64,000 nucleotides of DNA from Eledone cirrhosa (GCA_964016885.1 OZ024757.1:25792001-25856000), one strand, 5' to 3'. Positions 23,975-38,330 are shown, counted from the first letter of the stretch. The notes: generated from the sequence alone by a model not told the origin. Numbers and translations: made by a program.

Positions 23975-24959
23975 TGCGTTAATAAAAACGTAGTTATTAG
24001 CAACTTATACAATCGCTACCCCAGTGTGGGAGAACGTTCTCTGGCATGCAGAACCCAAAACCGAGGGTGTGTCTACACAACCATCGCCCCTGTTCTAAAT
24101 ATCTCTATACAAGAGGTCTTGTCCTCTCAATGCCTCCCTCTCACCCACACCACTGCACACAGCAACTTATACAATCGCTACCCCAGTGTGGGAGAACGTT
24201 CTCTGGCATGCAGAACCCAAAACCAAAGCCGCCTTGTCCTCCCAGCGGACTGAATAGTGAAAGGGTTACCCAGGAAGGGAGTGCCCAGAGGGCAGAATGG
24301 TGAAAGGGTTACCCCGGAGGGTAGTGAGGGAGAAGCGTTGAAGTAGCCATTCTAACTCGCAGAGCTCCCTTCTTGGGCCCTTTAAATAATATATATATGT
24401 GTGGCGAGGGTGTATCTACACAACTATCGCCCCTGTTCTAAATATCTCTATACGAGAGGTCTTGTCCTCTCAATGCCTCCCTCTCCCCCCCCCCCCTCTG
24501 CCCCCCCCCACACACACACACCACCACCACCTTATTGCTATATCTTTCTTTCCCATCTTAACACAAAAAACTCTAGTTACCCGGCCTTCTTGCAGACTCC
24601 CACCCCTGCCGTCTACCCCTCTCGTCTCTCACCCTCTCTTCCTCCCCCTCTCTCTCTCTCTCTGTAATCTACCCTGTACTGTTACCCAGAGTCGGTTGGT
24701 TGTAACCAGAGAAGCCGGTACTTGTAACTCCTCGCCTCACCACCACCACGTTTTCTTCTAGTCAGCTGTCACCACCACCACCACCGCCGCAATATTTTCT
24801 TCTCCTCCACCACCACCACCACCACTACGGTTTCTTCTCAACCACCACTACCACCTTCTCCACCACCGCCGACACCATCACACCAAGTGACTGGGCGAAC
24901 ACTTCGTTTTTTTTTCTTCTTTTCTTCTTGTTAGTTAGTGTCCCAAATGGTAATGTGTG

Positions 24960-25004
<45 letters not shown>

Positions 25005-25997
25005 GTAAAGTGTGTGTATATGTTATGTTTATATGGTGTGTGCATGTGTCTGTTTCATTTTGTGATTGTATATTTGTATGGTGTGTGTGTTATGTTTGGT
25101 TACATATTTGTATGGTGTGTGAGTGTGTACGTGATAGTTCTCTATGTGTGTATGTGAAAGAGGGAGGTATGTCTATACAGAAGTTTCTTTGTGTGTGGTT
25201 GCGTGTGTTTACATATAGGCTCGACTTATAGAGGAGGTCAGACAGGCTAGTTGGCATGGGTCTCTGTTCTCGTTGTGAGTACTCATGTACGCTACATGTG
25301 TACATCACACTTATATGCTAGATGTTGCTTCGGTGCCACGATAAAAAAAAAAGCTCACTCAGTCTACATTGTAACGTGGTTGGCGTTAGGAAGGGCATTT
25401 TGCTGTAGAAACCAAGCCAAAATACAGATCTGTATTACCTGATCCTAGACGTTGTCACCTGACCTGACTTGTTTCATAGCGTGACAACTTGTCTAACCCA
25501 TACAGGCGTGGAAAAAATGGACGTTAAAAGATGATAATGATGATGATGGTGATATAGATATATATCTGTAAGGTGGTTGGTGTTAGGAAGCGCATCAAGC
25601 TGTAGCAACCGAGAGCCAAAATACAGATCCGCATCAGCATGGCATGGTCCCCGGACCTCATTTATAACATGACATGACAACTCGTCTAACCCATTCAAGC
25701 GTGGAAAAATAGACGTTAAATGACCTCCGGGAAAACGCCTTCTCCATTCTGTCCGCCGGAGCTGTGGGGAAGCCAGCATGTGTGACCTCATTTGTTCACC
25801 GTACGGAGAGATGGGGAGGGCGAGAGAGATGGAGGCGGTGACAGTGGCAGTTCGGCTCTTCCACGTTCGGACCATATCCTTGTGGTTTCAAAAAAATTAG
25901 ATACCATTTGAAACGTCAATATACCAGAAACTAAATTGACTATCAAACTTTCCTGTTGTTGTCTTCCTGTTTCTTCTACAACAACTACAACGGTACG

Positions 25998-26595
25998 CGA
26001 TGGGGCCCACCCACAGCCCCGGCAGACAGAATGGAGAAGGCGTTTCCATGGAGGACGGCGAGGGAGACGCGCTGAAAGAGCCACCCAACTCTCGGGGCTC
26101 ACACCTGCGGCTGGCCACCTCAGCGCCTATGGTGGTGAGTAAGGAGGTAGCCCTGGGGCCGAGGACACCAGAAGTCTCCACTGTCATGGGGTACGACCGC
26201 AAACCTGTCGGAGAGCGACCGGTATTTGAGGAGTTTGGCCTCCTCAGCCCGACGTGCAGAAGAACCTGGGTCAGTGGCAGACTGCACCAGGTTTCGGCTG
26301 CAGAAAGTGTCGGTGCAAGTGGCATCCCAGACGAGGGGTTTGCCACTGCGGAACGGGAAGATGGTCATGCCATCTGGCCTTTTGCCGTCCCCTTGATTCA
26401 GCCCCACCGGCTCGAGCTGGGAAGGGAAGCCTGCAGCGTCCAAGCCATGCTTAATGACCTCGTTGAGAGCAGCATGGCGTGGAATGCGGCCGGCACTGTG
26501 GCGACAGGAAAGCGGGTGGAGGCCCAAAGAGTCCACGGTGGAACCGCAGCGACATTGGTGTGGCTGGCAGATCCGGAGGCCGAGCCTCAGGGAAT
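25998..26595 (-). mobile_element. CRE-clade non-LTR retrotransposon 3' remnant: zinc knuckle plus restriction-like endonuclease (frameshifted)
   Basis: LRLGLRICQPHQCRCGSTVDSLGLHPLSC...RHAALN...KRPDGMT...LVWDATCTDT...AEEAKLLKY; CxC...H...C knuckle and PD..D..K motif. Confidence 0.85.
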
Positions 26596-26840
26596 CCTTG
26601 TGGTTGTGTGCATTAAGCAGTTAATGAATCTGTTTATGTATTCTCTGTGATCACACACTATCAGGCACTAATTAGTTATTCAAAGTCAGTCTATTTCAAT
26701 ATGAAATCCCTACGTTTCCAAAGAACAACATTAAGAGAAATGATGATAATGACGTGCGGTCTACATGTGTGTAAACAGGATTGTGACCTTTCGAGGATCT
26801 AAGCGGCGAAAAGATTATGATAATCACCATCATCATAATT

Positions 26841-27790
26841 TTCATCAATGATCTTCCCAATGACATATTTTCTCAGCTTGGTATCTATGCTGATGACAAC
26901 TTATTTTATTCTTGTCTTAATGACAAGTCTAATGTGTTTGATGAAGATGAATTGGCAAGCTGATCTTGAATCTGACCTTTGACCTGTTGTTGAGTAGAGA
27001 GAGAAGTAGCTTCTTACCTTTAATGCATCTAAGACTAAACATCTTACTTTTAATCACCATAGAGAACCATTTTTACCTTCCATTAGCATGGCTGATCATA
27101 ACTTACAAGTGAACAACTCTTAAACCTTCTTGCCTTGACCCTTTACCATTTATATTACTCTGTATTTACTATTGTATTTTCACAGTGAACACTTCATTTC
27201 ACATAATTATCTCACAAAATATGGAATCTACTAGATTTTGATGATGTTATTATTTATTTTGAGAACAATACCTTAACATCAGTATCAGCAGCCGGTTATG
27301 GTCGGTTTGAACAGAAAGAGGTGAGATAATTCTGGCCAAATATGGCCGATTTAAATGCTAAAGGATTAATAGCGAGTCTGGTTTGTTGAATTGTCAAACT
27401 GATCTTGAATTTGACCTTTGATCTGTTGTTGAGCAGGAAGAGAAATAGCCTCTTACCTTTAATGTATCTAAGACTAAACAGCTTTTTTTTAATCGCCATA
27501 GAGAATCACTTTTACCTCCAAGAGAGCAACTCTCTATACACCTTCTTGGTCTGACATTTCCCACAGATTTGAGCTGGAACGATTATATCGCGTCGATTGC
27601 CAAGTCTGCTGTCCAGAATATTTTCTCGTTCAGTCGTGCCAGGAATTTTTTCATGTGTTTGAAAGTATCTTACATCTTTATAAATCTACTGTTCATTCTT
27701 TTATTGAATACCGTTGCCGCAACTGTCTGGTGCTTTTGCTGTCCACCTTAAGAGTCTAGATAAAAATCCGAAGAAGAATTGTCAAAATCT
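26841..27790 (+). mobile_element. CR1-group LINE reverse transcriptase remnant, interrupted
   Basis: FINDLP...IYADD (26886)...FNASKTK; LSWNDYIASIAKSA; contains stops and frameshifts. Confidence 0.8.
27138..27369. mobile_element. piggyBac-type MITE inserted in the CR1 remnant
   Basis: ccctttaccattta...taaatgctaaaggattaa; same family as 58704-58895. Confidence 0.7.
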
Positions 27791-27962
27791 CGCCATGGTT
27801 AGCTTTGCTTTTCATCCTTACAGCGTCGATAAGATAAAGCACCAGTAACGTACTCGGGTCGATTTAATCGACTTTCCTTTCCCTCAAAATTGCTGGCCTT
27901 GTGTCTAAATCAGAATGCCCTGCCCACTTCTGTTTAATCTTCAGATGTTTTATGATGTAAAG

Positions 27963-28270
27963 ATGGTGAATTGGGAGAATCGGTAGAGCGTCAGACAAAA
28001 TACTTTGCGTGGTATTTAGTTAGGACTTTCTACGTTCTGAGTTCAAATCCCACCGAGGTCAACTTTGCCTTTAATCCTCCCGAGTTCGATATAAAATTAA
28101 GTACCAGTTGAGTACTGGGATCGATATAATCGACTTTGCCCTTCTCTTCAAATTATTGACCTTGAGCCTAAATTTGAAATCACAGAGTTGGCTACCCCGC
28201 AGGTGTGAGCCTCGCGAGATGGAATGGCTCTTCCAGCGCGTCTCCCTCACCATAATCCGGGGAAATGTCT
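27963..28270 (+). mobile_element. Dominant SINE copy followed by a short CRE tail (28197-28268)
   Basis: B-box plus body; RRCEPREMEWLFQRVSLTIIRGN. Confidence 0.7.
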
Positions 28271-28653
28271 ATAAATGTCAATATATGTATATATATGTCT
28301 ATATATGTATATATATGTCTATATATGTCAATATATGTATATATATGTCTATATATGTATCTATATATGTATCTATATATGTGTATATATGTCTATATTA
28401 TCAGCTGAAGGAGCTTTGCTATACTAATTCTTATCAAACGATCGTCTCTAATGGCTTTTATAGCCATAAATAGTATGTTTGCGAGAGTGTGTATGTATAT
28501 ATGTATAGATAGATAGATTGATAAATAGATAGATAGATTGATAAATAGATAGATAGATAGATAGATAAATGGGTACATCGATAGAGGTAGATTGAGAGAT
28601 AGATAGATAGATAAGTAAGTGGGTACACCGATAGAGGTAGATTGATAGCTAGC

Positions 28654-28701
<48 letters not shown>

Positions 28702-29004
28702 CTTATCATGACACAAATCAAAACACATCCGGGTGTAAATGCCATTCCATGCCGTGGAAAAAGTGCACAACACTAGTTTGTATTATTACACATGTATAAC
28801 GTTCCAAAACCACACATAAGTCATATATATATATATATATATATATATATCATCATTATCATTGTTTAACGTCCATCTTCCACGCTAGCATGGTTTGGAC
28901 TGGTTTGTCCCACTTGAGGCAAGATTGGTCAGGAGACCGTGTCTCGTTCGTACAGAACTGTTTCTGGCAGGTTTTCTATGGCTGGATGCCCTCCCTAAGA
29001 TCAA

Positions 29005-30188
29005 CCACTTTACAGTGTGGACTGGGAGTCTTTTTACCGTGTCTCCTACACGACCACTTTACAGTGTGGACTGGGAGTCTTTTTACCGTGTCTCCTACAC
29101 GACCACTTTGCAGTGTGGACTGGGAGCCTTTTTACCGTGTCTCCTACACGACCACTTTACAGTGTGGACTGGGAGCCTTTTTACCGTGTCTCCTACACGA
29201 CCACTTTACAGTGTGGACTGGGAGCCTTTTTACCGTGTCTCCTACACGACCACTTTACAGTGTGGACTGGGAGTCTTTTTACCGTGTCTCCTACACGACC
29301 ACTTTGCAGTGTGGACTGGGAGCCTTTTTACCGTGTCTCCTACACGACCACTTTACAGTGTGGACTGAGAGCCTTTTTGTCGTGTCTCCTACACGACCAC
29401 TTTACAGTGTGGACTGGGAGTCTTTTTACCGTGTCTCCTACACGACCACTTTACAGTGTGGACTGGGAGCCTTTTTACCGTGTCTCCTACACGACCACTT
29501 TACAGTGTGGACTGGGAGTCTTTTTACCGTGTCTCCTACACGACCACTTTACAGTGTGGACTGGGAGCCTTTTTGTCGTGTCTCCTACACGACCACTTTA
29601 CAGTGTGGACTGAGAGCCTTTTTGTCGTGTCTCCTACACGACCACTTTACAGTGTGGACTGGGAGCCTTTTTACCGTGTCTCCTACACGACCACTTTACA
29701 GTGTGGACTGGGAGTCTTTTTACCGTGTCTCCTACACGACCACTTTACAGTGTGGACTGGGAGTCTTTTTACCGTGTCTCCTACACGACCACTTTACAGT
29801 GTGGACTGGGAGTCTTTTTACCGTGTCTCCTACACGACCACTTTACAGTGTGGACTGGGAGTCTTTTTACCGTGTCTCCTACACGACCACTTTACAGTGT
29901 GGACTGGGAGCCTTTTTACCGTGTCTCCTACACGACCACTTTACAGTGTGGACTGGGAGTCTTTTTACCGTGTCTCCTACACGACCACTTTACAGTGTGG
30001 ACTGGGAGTCTTTTTACCGTGTCTCCTACACGACCACTTTACAGTGTGGACTGGGAGCCTTTTTACCGTGTCTCCTACACGACCACTTTACAGTGTGGAC
30101 TGGGAGCCTTTTTGTCGTGTCTCCTACACGACCATTTTATTGTGTGGACTGGGAGTCTTTTTACCGTGTCTCCTACACGACCACTTTA
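29005..30188. repeat. 49-bp tandem array, 24 copies
   Basis: ccactttacagtgtggactgggagtctttttaccgtgtctcctacacga recurs from 29005 to 30181. It continues a dispersed repeat (ggatgccctccct...) also seen at 47995 and 53928. Confidence 0.95.
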
Positions 30189-30384
30189 TATACATATACA
30201 GTTGTCCCCCTGTATTCGCGGGGTTACGTTCCTAGAGCATCCGCAAAGAGTGACCCCGAGCAAGATGGTTGGATAACATCCATGAGCTTGGCTGGTCTCG
30301 CTTGGGTATTCAGTCGGATCAGTTGGAAACGGTTGTTTCCGACAGGACCAGCTGGAAGGATGGTTTGAGGGCTCTGCTTACGGG

Positions 30385-31022
30385 ATGCTGATGGTGATGA
30401 GTAGGGATGTGGTTCTAGGGCCAAGGACACCAGAAGTCTCCACTGCTACGGGGTACCTATGGAGGTGGTCCTAGGGCCAATGACACCAGAAGTCTCCACT
30501 GCTACGGGGTACCTATGGAGGTGGTCCTAGGGCCAATGACACCAGAAGTCTCCACTGCTACGGGGTACCTATGGAGGTGGTCCTAGGGCCAAGGACACCA
30601 GAGTCTCCACTGCTACGGGGTACCTATGGAGGTGGTCCTAGCGCCAATGACACCAGAGTCTCCACTGCTACGGGGTACCTATGGAGGTGGTCCTAGGGCC
30701 AAGGACACCAGAGTCTCCACTGCTACGGGGTACCTATGGAGGTGGTCCTAGGGCCAAGGACACCAGAAGTCTCCACTGCTTACGGGGTACCTATGGAGAT
30801 GGTCCTAGGGCCAAGGACAGCAGAAGTCTCCACTGCTTACGGGCTCGACTACAATCCTGTCAGAGAGCTACCGATATTTGGAGTGTTTACCCTCCTTGGC
30901 CCGAAGTGCAGCAGAGCCCGGGTTAGTCACACACTGCGCCAGGTTGCCGCTGGAGAAAGTGTTACAGCATGTGGTCGTTGCATGTGACATCCCAGATGAA
31001 GGGTTTACCACAGCGGACCAGG
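30385..31022 (-). mobile_element. CRE-like remnant containing a 55-57-bp tandem array (8 copies, ~30405-30843)
   Basis: ccaa recurs at 30421, 30477, 30533, 30589, 30644, 30699, 30754 and 30811. The unit covers VAVETSGVLGPRTTS; an RTE tail lies at ~30255-30380. Confidence 0.85.
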
Positions 31023-31289
31023 AAGTTAGTGTTGGAGTTGAACCTCTTTACTAATATTTCCCCTTTCTACCTCCGCGTTCGTCTTGTAAGAAATATAGTT
31101 CCTACCGAAACAAACTAAACAATGTTTTATCTTTGCTTTCTTTCTTTTATTAGGTTTTTATTTTGTGTGTGTGTATGTGTGTGTATATATGTGTGTGTAT
31201 ATATATATGTGTGTGTAGATATGTGTGTATATATATGTGTGTGTGTGTGTATATATATATATGTGTGTGTAGATATGTGTGTATATATA

Positions 31290-31322
<33 letters not shown>

Positions 31323-31409
31323 TGCTTTCTCCCTTTTTATTATCGGTTTTCTTTTTTTCTTTCATTTTTTAGATTCTCTTTCTCTCCCTTTCTCTCTCTC
31401 TCTCTCCCC

Positions 31410-31448
<39 letters not shown>

Positions 31449-32169
31449 CCCGTCTCTATCTCTCTCTCCCCGTCTCTCTCTCTCTCTCCCCGTCTCTCCC
31501 CTTCTCTCTCTCTCTCTCCCCTTCTCTCTCTCTCTTTCTCTACAATTTCCCTTCACTCATAACCATGATCCCCTTCTCTCTCTCTCTCTCGTCCCCTCTA
31601 TCATTTCCCTATTTCTCTCTCCCTCTCTTCCCCTCTGCCATTCTCTCCTACACCCCCACACTCTCTCTCTCTACTCCCCTACCTTTCCCCCACACCCATC
31701 TCTCTCCCTCTACCATTTCCCCTCACTCATAACCATTCCCCCTCACTCATAACCATTCCCCCTCTATCATTTCCCTAACTCTCTCTCTCTTTTCTACCAT
31801 TCTCTGCCCTCTCTCTCACTCTCCCTCTCTTCCCCTCTGCCATTCTCTTCTATTACACACTCTCTCTCTACTCCCCTACCATTCTCCCACACCTCTCTGT
31901 CCCCTCTGCCATTCCCCCGCCGTCCCTTTTTTCCTTCCACCACACCCTACATCAGATATGTAAATTAACCGTTGCTATGTCGTCATTACCGACTCATGTC
32001 GTCGTCTGTAGCTTATATTTCACAATGACAGTGCAGACGACCACCACAATGACGACAATGATGACGATGGTAATGTTTTGGCTGGCTTGCTTCAGTGACA
32101 CGCAATTCATCTGTCTTCTACTTTCTCTCGTTGGTTTTATACCATCTCCCGTCCATCTTATACCTTTTC

Positions 32170-32815
32170 CTCGTCTGTCTTCTACCATCTCTCATCTGTC
32201 TTCTACCATTGGTCATCTCTTCTACCATCTCTCGTCTGTCTTCTACCATCTCTCATCTGTCTTCTACCATCTCTCATCTGTCTTCTACCATCTCTCATCT
32301 GTCTTCTACCATTGGTCATCTCGTCTACCATCTCTCGTCTGTCTTCTACCATCTCTTGTCTGCCTTATACTTTATCTCACATGTCCCCTACCATCTTTTA
32401 TTACTCATCTTCTTTCCCTATTCGGTCTTCTTCCGCCTTCTTTCACGAGTCATTGCCGTCGTCCTTCATGGATTCTCTACTAACTTTCGTATCCATCTAA
32501 TGCCACCTTTCAGTATCTTCGTCAATCTTCTGTCAACTTCGTCAATCCTCTGCCGTCCTTCGTTAAACTTCGTCAATCTTCGTCAGCTTCGTTAAACTTC
32601 GCCAAACTTCGTCTTCTTCGTCGATCCTCATCCGTTCTTCGTTAAACTTCGTCAATCTTCGTCTCCTTCGTTAAACTTCGCCAAACTTCGTCTTCTTCGT
32701 CGATCCTCATCCGTCCTTCGTTAAACTTCGTCAATCTTATTCTCCTTCTCCAATCCTCGTCTCCTTCGTCAATTTTCGTCTCCTTCGTCAATCTTCGTCA
32801 ATCTTCGCTGATCTT
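32170..32815. repeat. 21-bp (tcttctaccatctctcatctg) and ~10-bp (cttcgtcaat) minisatellites
   Basis: Direct periodicity at 32170-32360 and 32515-32815. Confidence 0.85.
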
Positions 32816-33431
32816 CTGCCGTCCTTGGTCGATCTTCTGCTGACTTTCTTTCTTAAATCTTTTTCTTTTTTTACCTTTTGTATTAATTTCTTCCTTCTAC
32901 CTTATTTTTTCATTTTGCTTACCTTTCATTTTCTGTCTGTATTTGTTTTCCTCGTTTACCTCCCGCCCACCACCCCTCTCTTCCAATTTGTATATCCACC
33001 ATTATCTCTGCCGCCTCCTATGTTGTTAAGCTAATATCTGAGGTGAGCTGCATCGGTCACACTCCACCGCCTCACAATATCCTCACTGAGCGTTTAATAA
33101 ACTACAACTGTTAATAATCTACCAACAGCCACACACAGCTGTGTGAGCTCTCTTCTCTATTACAGCAATGGGGAGACGCCCGCCCCCTCGCTGTGGCGTG
33201 TGTGTATGTTTGTTTGTGTGTATATGTTTGCTTCCATTAAGGTTTGTGTACATTATATATATATATATATATATATATCACTGTAGGCGACGAAATGGCA
33301 TCGGATAGAACGATTTGTGATATTTGTTCCAGCTCTATGAGTTCAAACTCCGCCAAAGTCAATTTTGTATCTTTTCCAAGTCATTAAAAAAAAGTACCAG
33401 TTCAGTACTTGGGTTGTCTCTTCCTCTAGAT

Positions 33432-33735
33432 CAGTGGTTCTCAAGGCTTCCGCAAAAGAATGTCTGGGATTTCGTGAAAAAAAGGTAGAAGAGTATATTT
33501 ATATTATGACCCTATAACAGCATTACACTTTGGGTTTCCCCCAAAAGTTGCGAAACCCTGCTGTAGATCACTGGTTCCCAAGGGTTCCCCAAAAGAGTGT
33601 CTAGGGTTTCGTGAAAAAAAAGGGTAGAGGAGTATATTTATATTACAACCATATAACAGTATTAGACTTTAGGGTTCCCCAAAAAGTTTCTGAACCTAAA
33701 AGAGTTCTGTGTTTGAAAAGGTTTGCGAAACCCTG
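33432..33735. mobile_element. Tandem pair of hAT-type MITEs
   Basis: cagtggttctcaa...gaaaccctg twice, separated and flanked by similar 8-mers ctctagat/ctgtagat/gtctacat; relative at 55793-55978. Confidence 0.75.
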
Positions 33736-34102
33736 GTCTACATTACTCCCCTCTTTCTCCTTCTATGAAAGAAATCGGTTCTGTTCAGATCTAGAAAGGG
33801 GATGGGCTCAGGCAAGGTTAAAGTGCCCCTACAATTCCATCAGGAATTGTGGATCCTTACATATCATACTCTCTACACACACATACATACATACATTCAT
33901 TCTATACACACAGGCATGCGAATGGAATTACATATACACAATCAAATGCTCACACACATACTACTGTGTGAACCTTTGGGGTTGTTTCATAGTTAAAGCT
34001 GTGTTCTTACCTGGTTGGACCTATTTACAGCCAGGTAGACTGAGGGCATTTTACAGTTAAGTGGCTTGGACATGATCATATTCCATTGTTTGTGATACAA
34101 TC

Positions 34103-34452
34103 TATCTATCTAGGGCAAGTAAAATTCCCGAGATCCATGGACGAGTTCTCTCCAGCAGTCTCTGTCCCCTCATCATCACCGCCATGTCCTGGGTCTCCCA
34201 GAGACCAGTGTCTGTCCTTAGGGCATCAACATGTATCAACCTCGGTCTCCCTCTTCTAGTGTGTCCGTACAACGACTCCCACAGGAGCACTGAGTGCAGT
34301 GTCAACTCTGAATGTCGGTGAGCATGTCCAGCTAACCTCAGTTTTCTCTGTGTTACTTCCAAGCTGACTTTTGGGAGGCTCCCGTACAGCTCTGAGTTCT
34401 TCTTCCTCGGTGTATACTGATTAATGTTCAGAGCCATCCTCAGCATTCTCGT
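34103..34452 (-). mobile_element. RTE-clade LINE 3' remnant
   Basis: MLRMALNI...NSELYGSLPKVS...LRLAGHAHRH...GRPRL. Confidence 0.8.
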
Positions 34453-34481
34453 GATACAATTGTTTATTATTATTATTATTT

Positions 34482-36160
34482 TGGCAGCATCGGTAGAGCG
34501 TCAGACAAAATGCTTTGCAGCATAGAGTTACGATCCGAGTTTAAATCCAGCCGAGGTTAACTTTGACTTTCATCCTTATGTCAATAAAATAAAGTACCAG
34601 TCACACACTGGGGTCAATTTGATCGACTCCCCCCTCCCCCAAATTGCTGGCCTTGTGCCTATCTATATAAGAAACAATTATTTATGAAATGACAAAGCAT
34701 TATTATTATTATTATTATTATTGCCTTTCATCCTTACGGGGTCGATAAAATAAAGTACCAGTAATGCACTGAGATAATTGCTGGCCTTGTGCCAAAAGTA
34801 GAAACAATTATTATTATTATTATTTGGCAATATCGGTAGAGCGTCAGACAAAATGCTTTGCAGAATAGAGTTATGGCCCTTTGCGTTCCAAGTTCAAATC
34901 CCGCCAAGGGATTTGAAGTGATTTAAGTACATGGCTGTTACTATATCTTTTGATCCCAGAAGGATGAAAAACAAAGTTGACCATGGTGGAATTTGAACTC
35001 AGAAGCCAAAGAGCCAGAAAAGAATTAGTGGAAGGCATTTGTCTAATGTTCTAACGATTATTCAATCGACCGCCTTTGATGATATGATATAATACACACT
35101 AACCTATTTAATCGGCCATCCACCCCCCCTCTTATATATATTATTCAGTTGGAGCTGATGATTCATTTATTCAATAGCTACTACCTATTTCCCTACGCCC
35201 ATACGTTTGTTCAGGCAACAAAGGCAACTCGGAGTTACAGCGGCGTGAATCATCGGCCTCGAATCGATAAATGGTCTTCACATATAGCCACTGATTCTCA
35301 TCTCGTTTGTACACCCTAATGCCCTTTTTAGTGTGGTTTGAAAGATACTTGGTTGCTATTTCTAGCAGGTCAGCCGACCGCATAGATTTAATCCTTTACC
35401 ATTTACATTACTCTGTATTTACTATTGTATTTTCATGGTAAAGACACATAATTATCTCACAATATATGGTTTCTGATTTAGGCACAAGGCCTACAATTTT
35501 AGAAGAAGGGAATGTCAATTAAATCGACCCCAGTGTGTTACTGGTACTTTATTTTATTGACCTCATGAGTATGAAAGGCAATGCTTAACCTTGGCAGGAT
35601 TTGAACTCAGAACATAAAAGGCCATAACTATATGCTGTAAAGAATGTTGTCCGATGCTCTACCGACACTGATAATTCACTGCCCTCAGAGAAATAATTGT
35701 TTCTATTTTTGGCACAAGGCCAGCAATTACCCAGTGCATTACTGGTACTTTATTTTATCGACCCCATAAGGATGAAAGGCAAAGTTAACCTCGACGGGAT
35801 TTGAACTCAGACCGTAAAGGGACGTTAGGCACAAGGCCAGTAATATGAAGGTGTGACAAAAGTTGATTACCTCAAACCAGTACTTCACTGGTACTTTATT
35901 TTATTGATGCCAGAAGGATGGAAAGCAAAGTTGACCAGGGCATGATTTATCAAAGGTAATAACGAAGAGTGTTTACACTTCATTCTTTTTACAACAAAGG
36001 CTTATAACTAATTACCCAGTGCATTACTGGTACTTTATTTTATCGACCCGGTAAAGATGAAAGGCAAAGTTAACCTCGGCGGGATTTGAACTCAGAATGG
36101 CCGTAACTCTATGCGTCAAAGCATGGCGTCCGACCCTCTACTGATACTGCCAATCCAACG
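34482..36160. mobile_element. Cluster of about 8 dominant-family SINE copies (plus strand, then minus strand)
   Basis: Repeated B-box and gcctttcatcc/ggatgaaaggc bodies. Confidence 0.8.
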
Positions 36161-36169
36161 CGCCATTAT

Positions 36170-36673
36170 GTAAGATAAGTATGTGAGATAAAGCCTTTAC
36201 CACAAAAATACAATAGTATATATAGAGTAATGTAAATGCTAAAGGATTAAACCAGCCACATTCAGCCAGAATTCCCTCACCTCTTTCTGTTCAAACCAGC
36301 CATATTCAGCCAGAATTTTTTCACCTCTTTCTGTTCAAACCAGCTGTAACTGGCCACTCATACCGATGTTAAGGTATTGTTCTCAAAATAAATAATATCA
36401 AAATCTCATAGATTCAATATTATGTAAGATAATTATGTGAAATAAAGCCTTAATCACAAAAATACAATAGTAAATATAGAGTAATGTAACTAAAGAGTTA
36501 AACCAGCCTGAATTATCTCATCTCTTTCTGTTCAAACTGGCCATGACTGGCCACACTTACTGATGTTAATGTATTGTTCTCAAAATCTCATAGATTCAAT
36601 ATTATGTGAGATAAAGCCTTTACCATGAAAATATAATAGTATATATAGAGTAATGTAAATTCTAAAGAGTTAA
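36170..36673. mobile_element. Tandem piggyBac-type MITE fragments
   Basis: Three repeats ending ...agagtaatgtaaatgctaaaggattaa or aaagagttaa. Confidence 0.7.
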
Positions 36674-36864
36674 ACAAGGAAGGACTCTTTCGATGATGTG
36701 GAGACAGTCTGAAAATATAAAAATATGATGATCTCTCATGGCTGGCCAAGTCTGCTTGGTCATGGAGAGGTTGGCCTTAGGCTAAACATCAATTTATTTT
36801 TATTTGCTAATGAATATTTATAATTGAGTCTATATACATATGTACCTCATGCCAGCTGCCTGTT

Positions 36865-36934
<70 letters not shown>

Positions 36935-37429
36935 CTCTCTCTCTCTTCCATTCACCATACATGACTCTCTCTCTCTCTCTCTCTCCCCCCAGTTCACCAT
37001 GCCTGTCTGTCATTCTCTTCCCATCAGTTCACTAGACCATAACTCCTTTCTGCCCCTTCCCTCCTCTCTCTCTCTTCACACACTCTCTCTCCTCACTCTC
37101 TCTCCTCATTCTCTCTCTTCTTTGTTTATCTCTGATTTCTCACTTCCCCCTCTCTCATTTCTTATTCCTTCTCTTCATTTACACTTTTCTTCTTTGTTCA
37201 TCTCTAATTTCTTATTTCTTATTCTTTCCCCCTCACCCCTCTTTACTTTCTACACAGACTCTTTTATCCCCTATCACCAAGATTCATGGTGGCGGGGAAG
37301 GTAATGCCCCTTATATCAACGAGGAAAAATATATAATATATAATTCCTGATTGAGGTGGGGAAGAGGGTATGAATGGATATGAGAGATTAACGATTATAT
37401 ATCAATGATAGATGAAGCTTCCCAAGAGG

Positions 37430-38286
37430 ATATATATGTATATATGTGTATATATATATGTATATATGTATATATGTGTATATATATATGTATATATGTG
37501 TGTATATATATATGTATATATGTGTGTATATATATATGTATATATGTGTGTATATATATATGTATATATGTGTGTATATATATATGTATATATGTGTATA
37601 TATATATGTATATATGTGTATATATATATGTGTATATGTGTATATATATATGTGTATATGTGTATATATATATGTGTATATGTATATATGTATATATATA
37701 TATATGTATATATGTGTATATATATATATGTATATATGTGTATATATATATATGTGTATATATATATATGTATATATGTGTATATATATATATATGTATA
37801 TATGTGTATATATATATGTATATATGTGTATATATATATATGTATATATGTGTATATATATATGTGTATATGTGTATATATATATATGTATATATGTGTA
37901 TATATATATGTGTATATGTGTATATATATATATGTATATATGTGTATATGTATATATGTGTATATATATATATGTATATATGTGTATATATATATATGTA
38001 TATATGTGTATATATATATATGTATATATGTGTATATATATATATGTATATATGTGTATATATATATATATGTATATATGTGTATATATATATATATGTA
38101 TATATGTGTATATATATATATGTATATATGTGTATATGTATATATGTGTATATATATATATATGTATATATGTGTATATATATATATGTATATATGTGTA
38201 TGTATATATGTATATATGTGTATATATATGTATATATGTGTATATATATACGTATATATGTGTATATGTGTATGTATATATATGTA

Positions 38287-38329
<43 letters not shown>

Positions 38330-38330
38330 G
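37430..38330. repeat. 900-bp (TA/TG) compound microsatellite
   Basis: Direct; source of the 300-aa YI/CV ORFs. Confidence 0.95.

Noticed and set aside
28890-30368. 492-aa and overlapping ORFs
   Set aside because: Stop-free translation of the 49-bp repeat cycling through frames.
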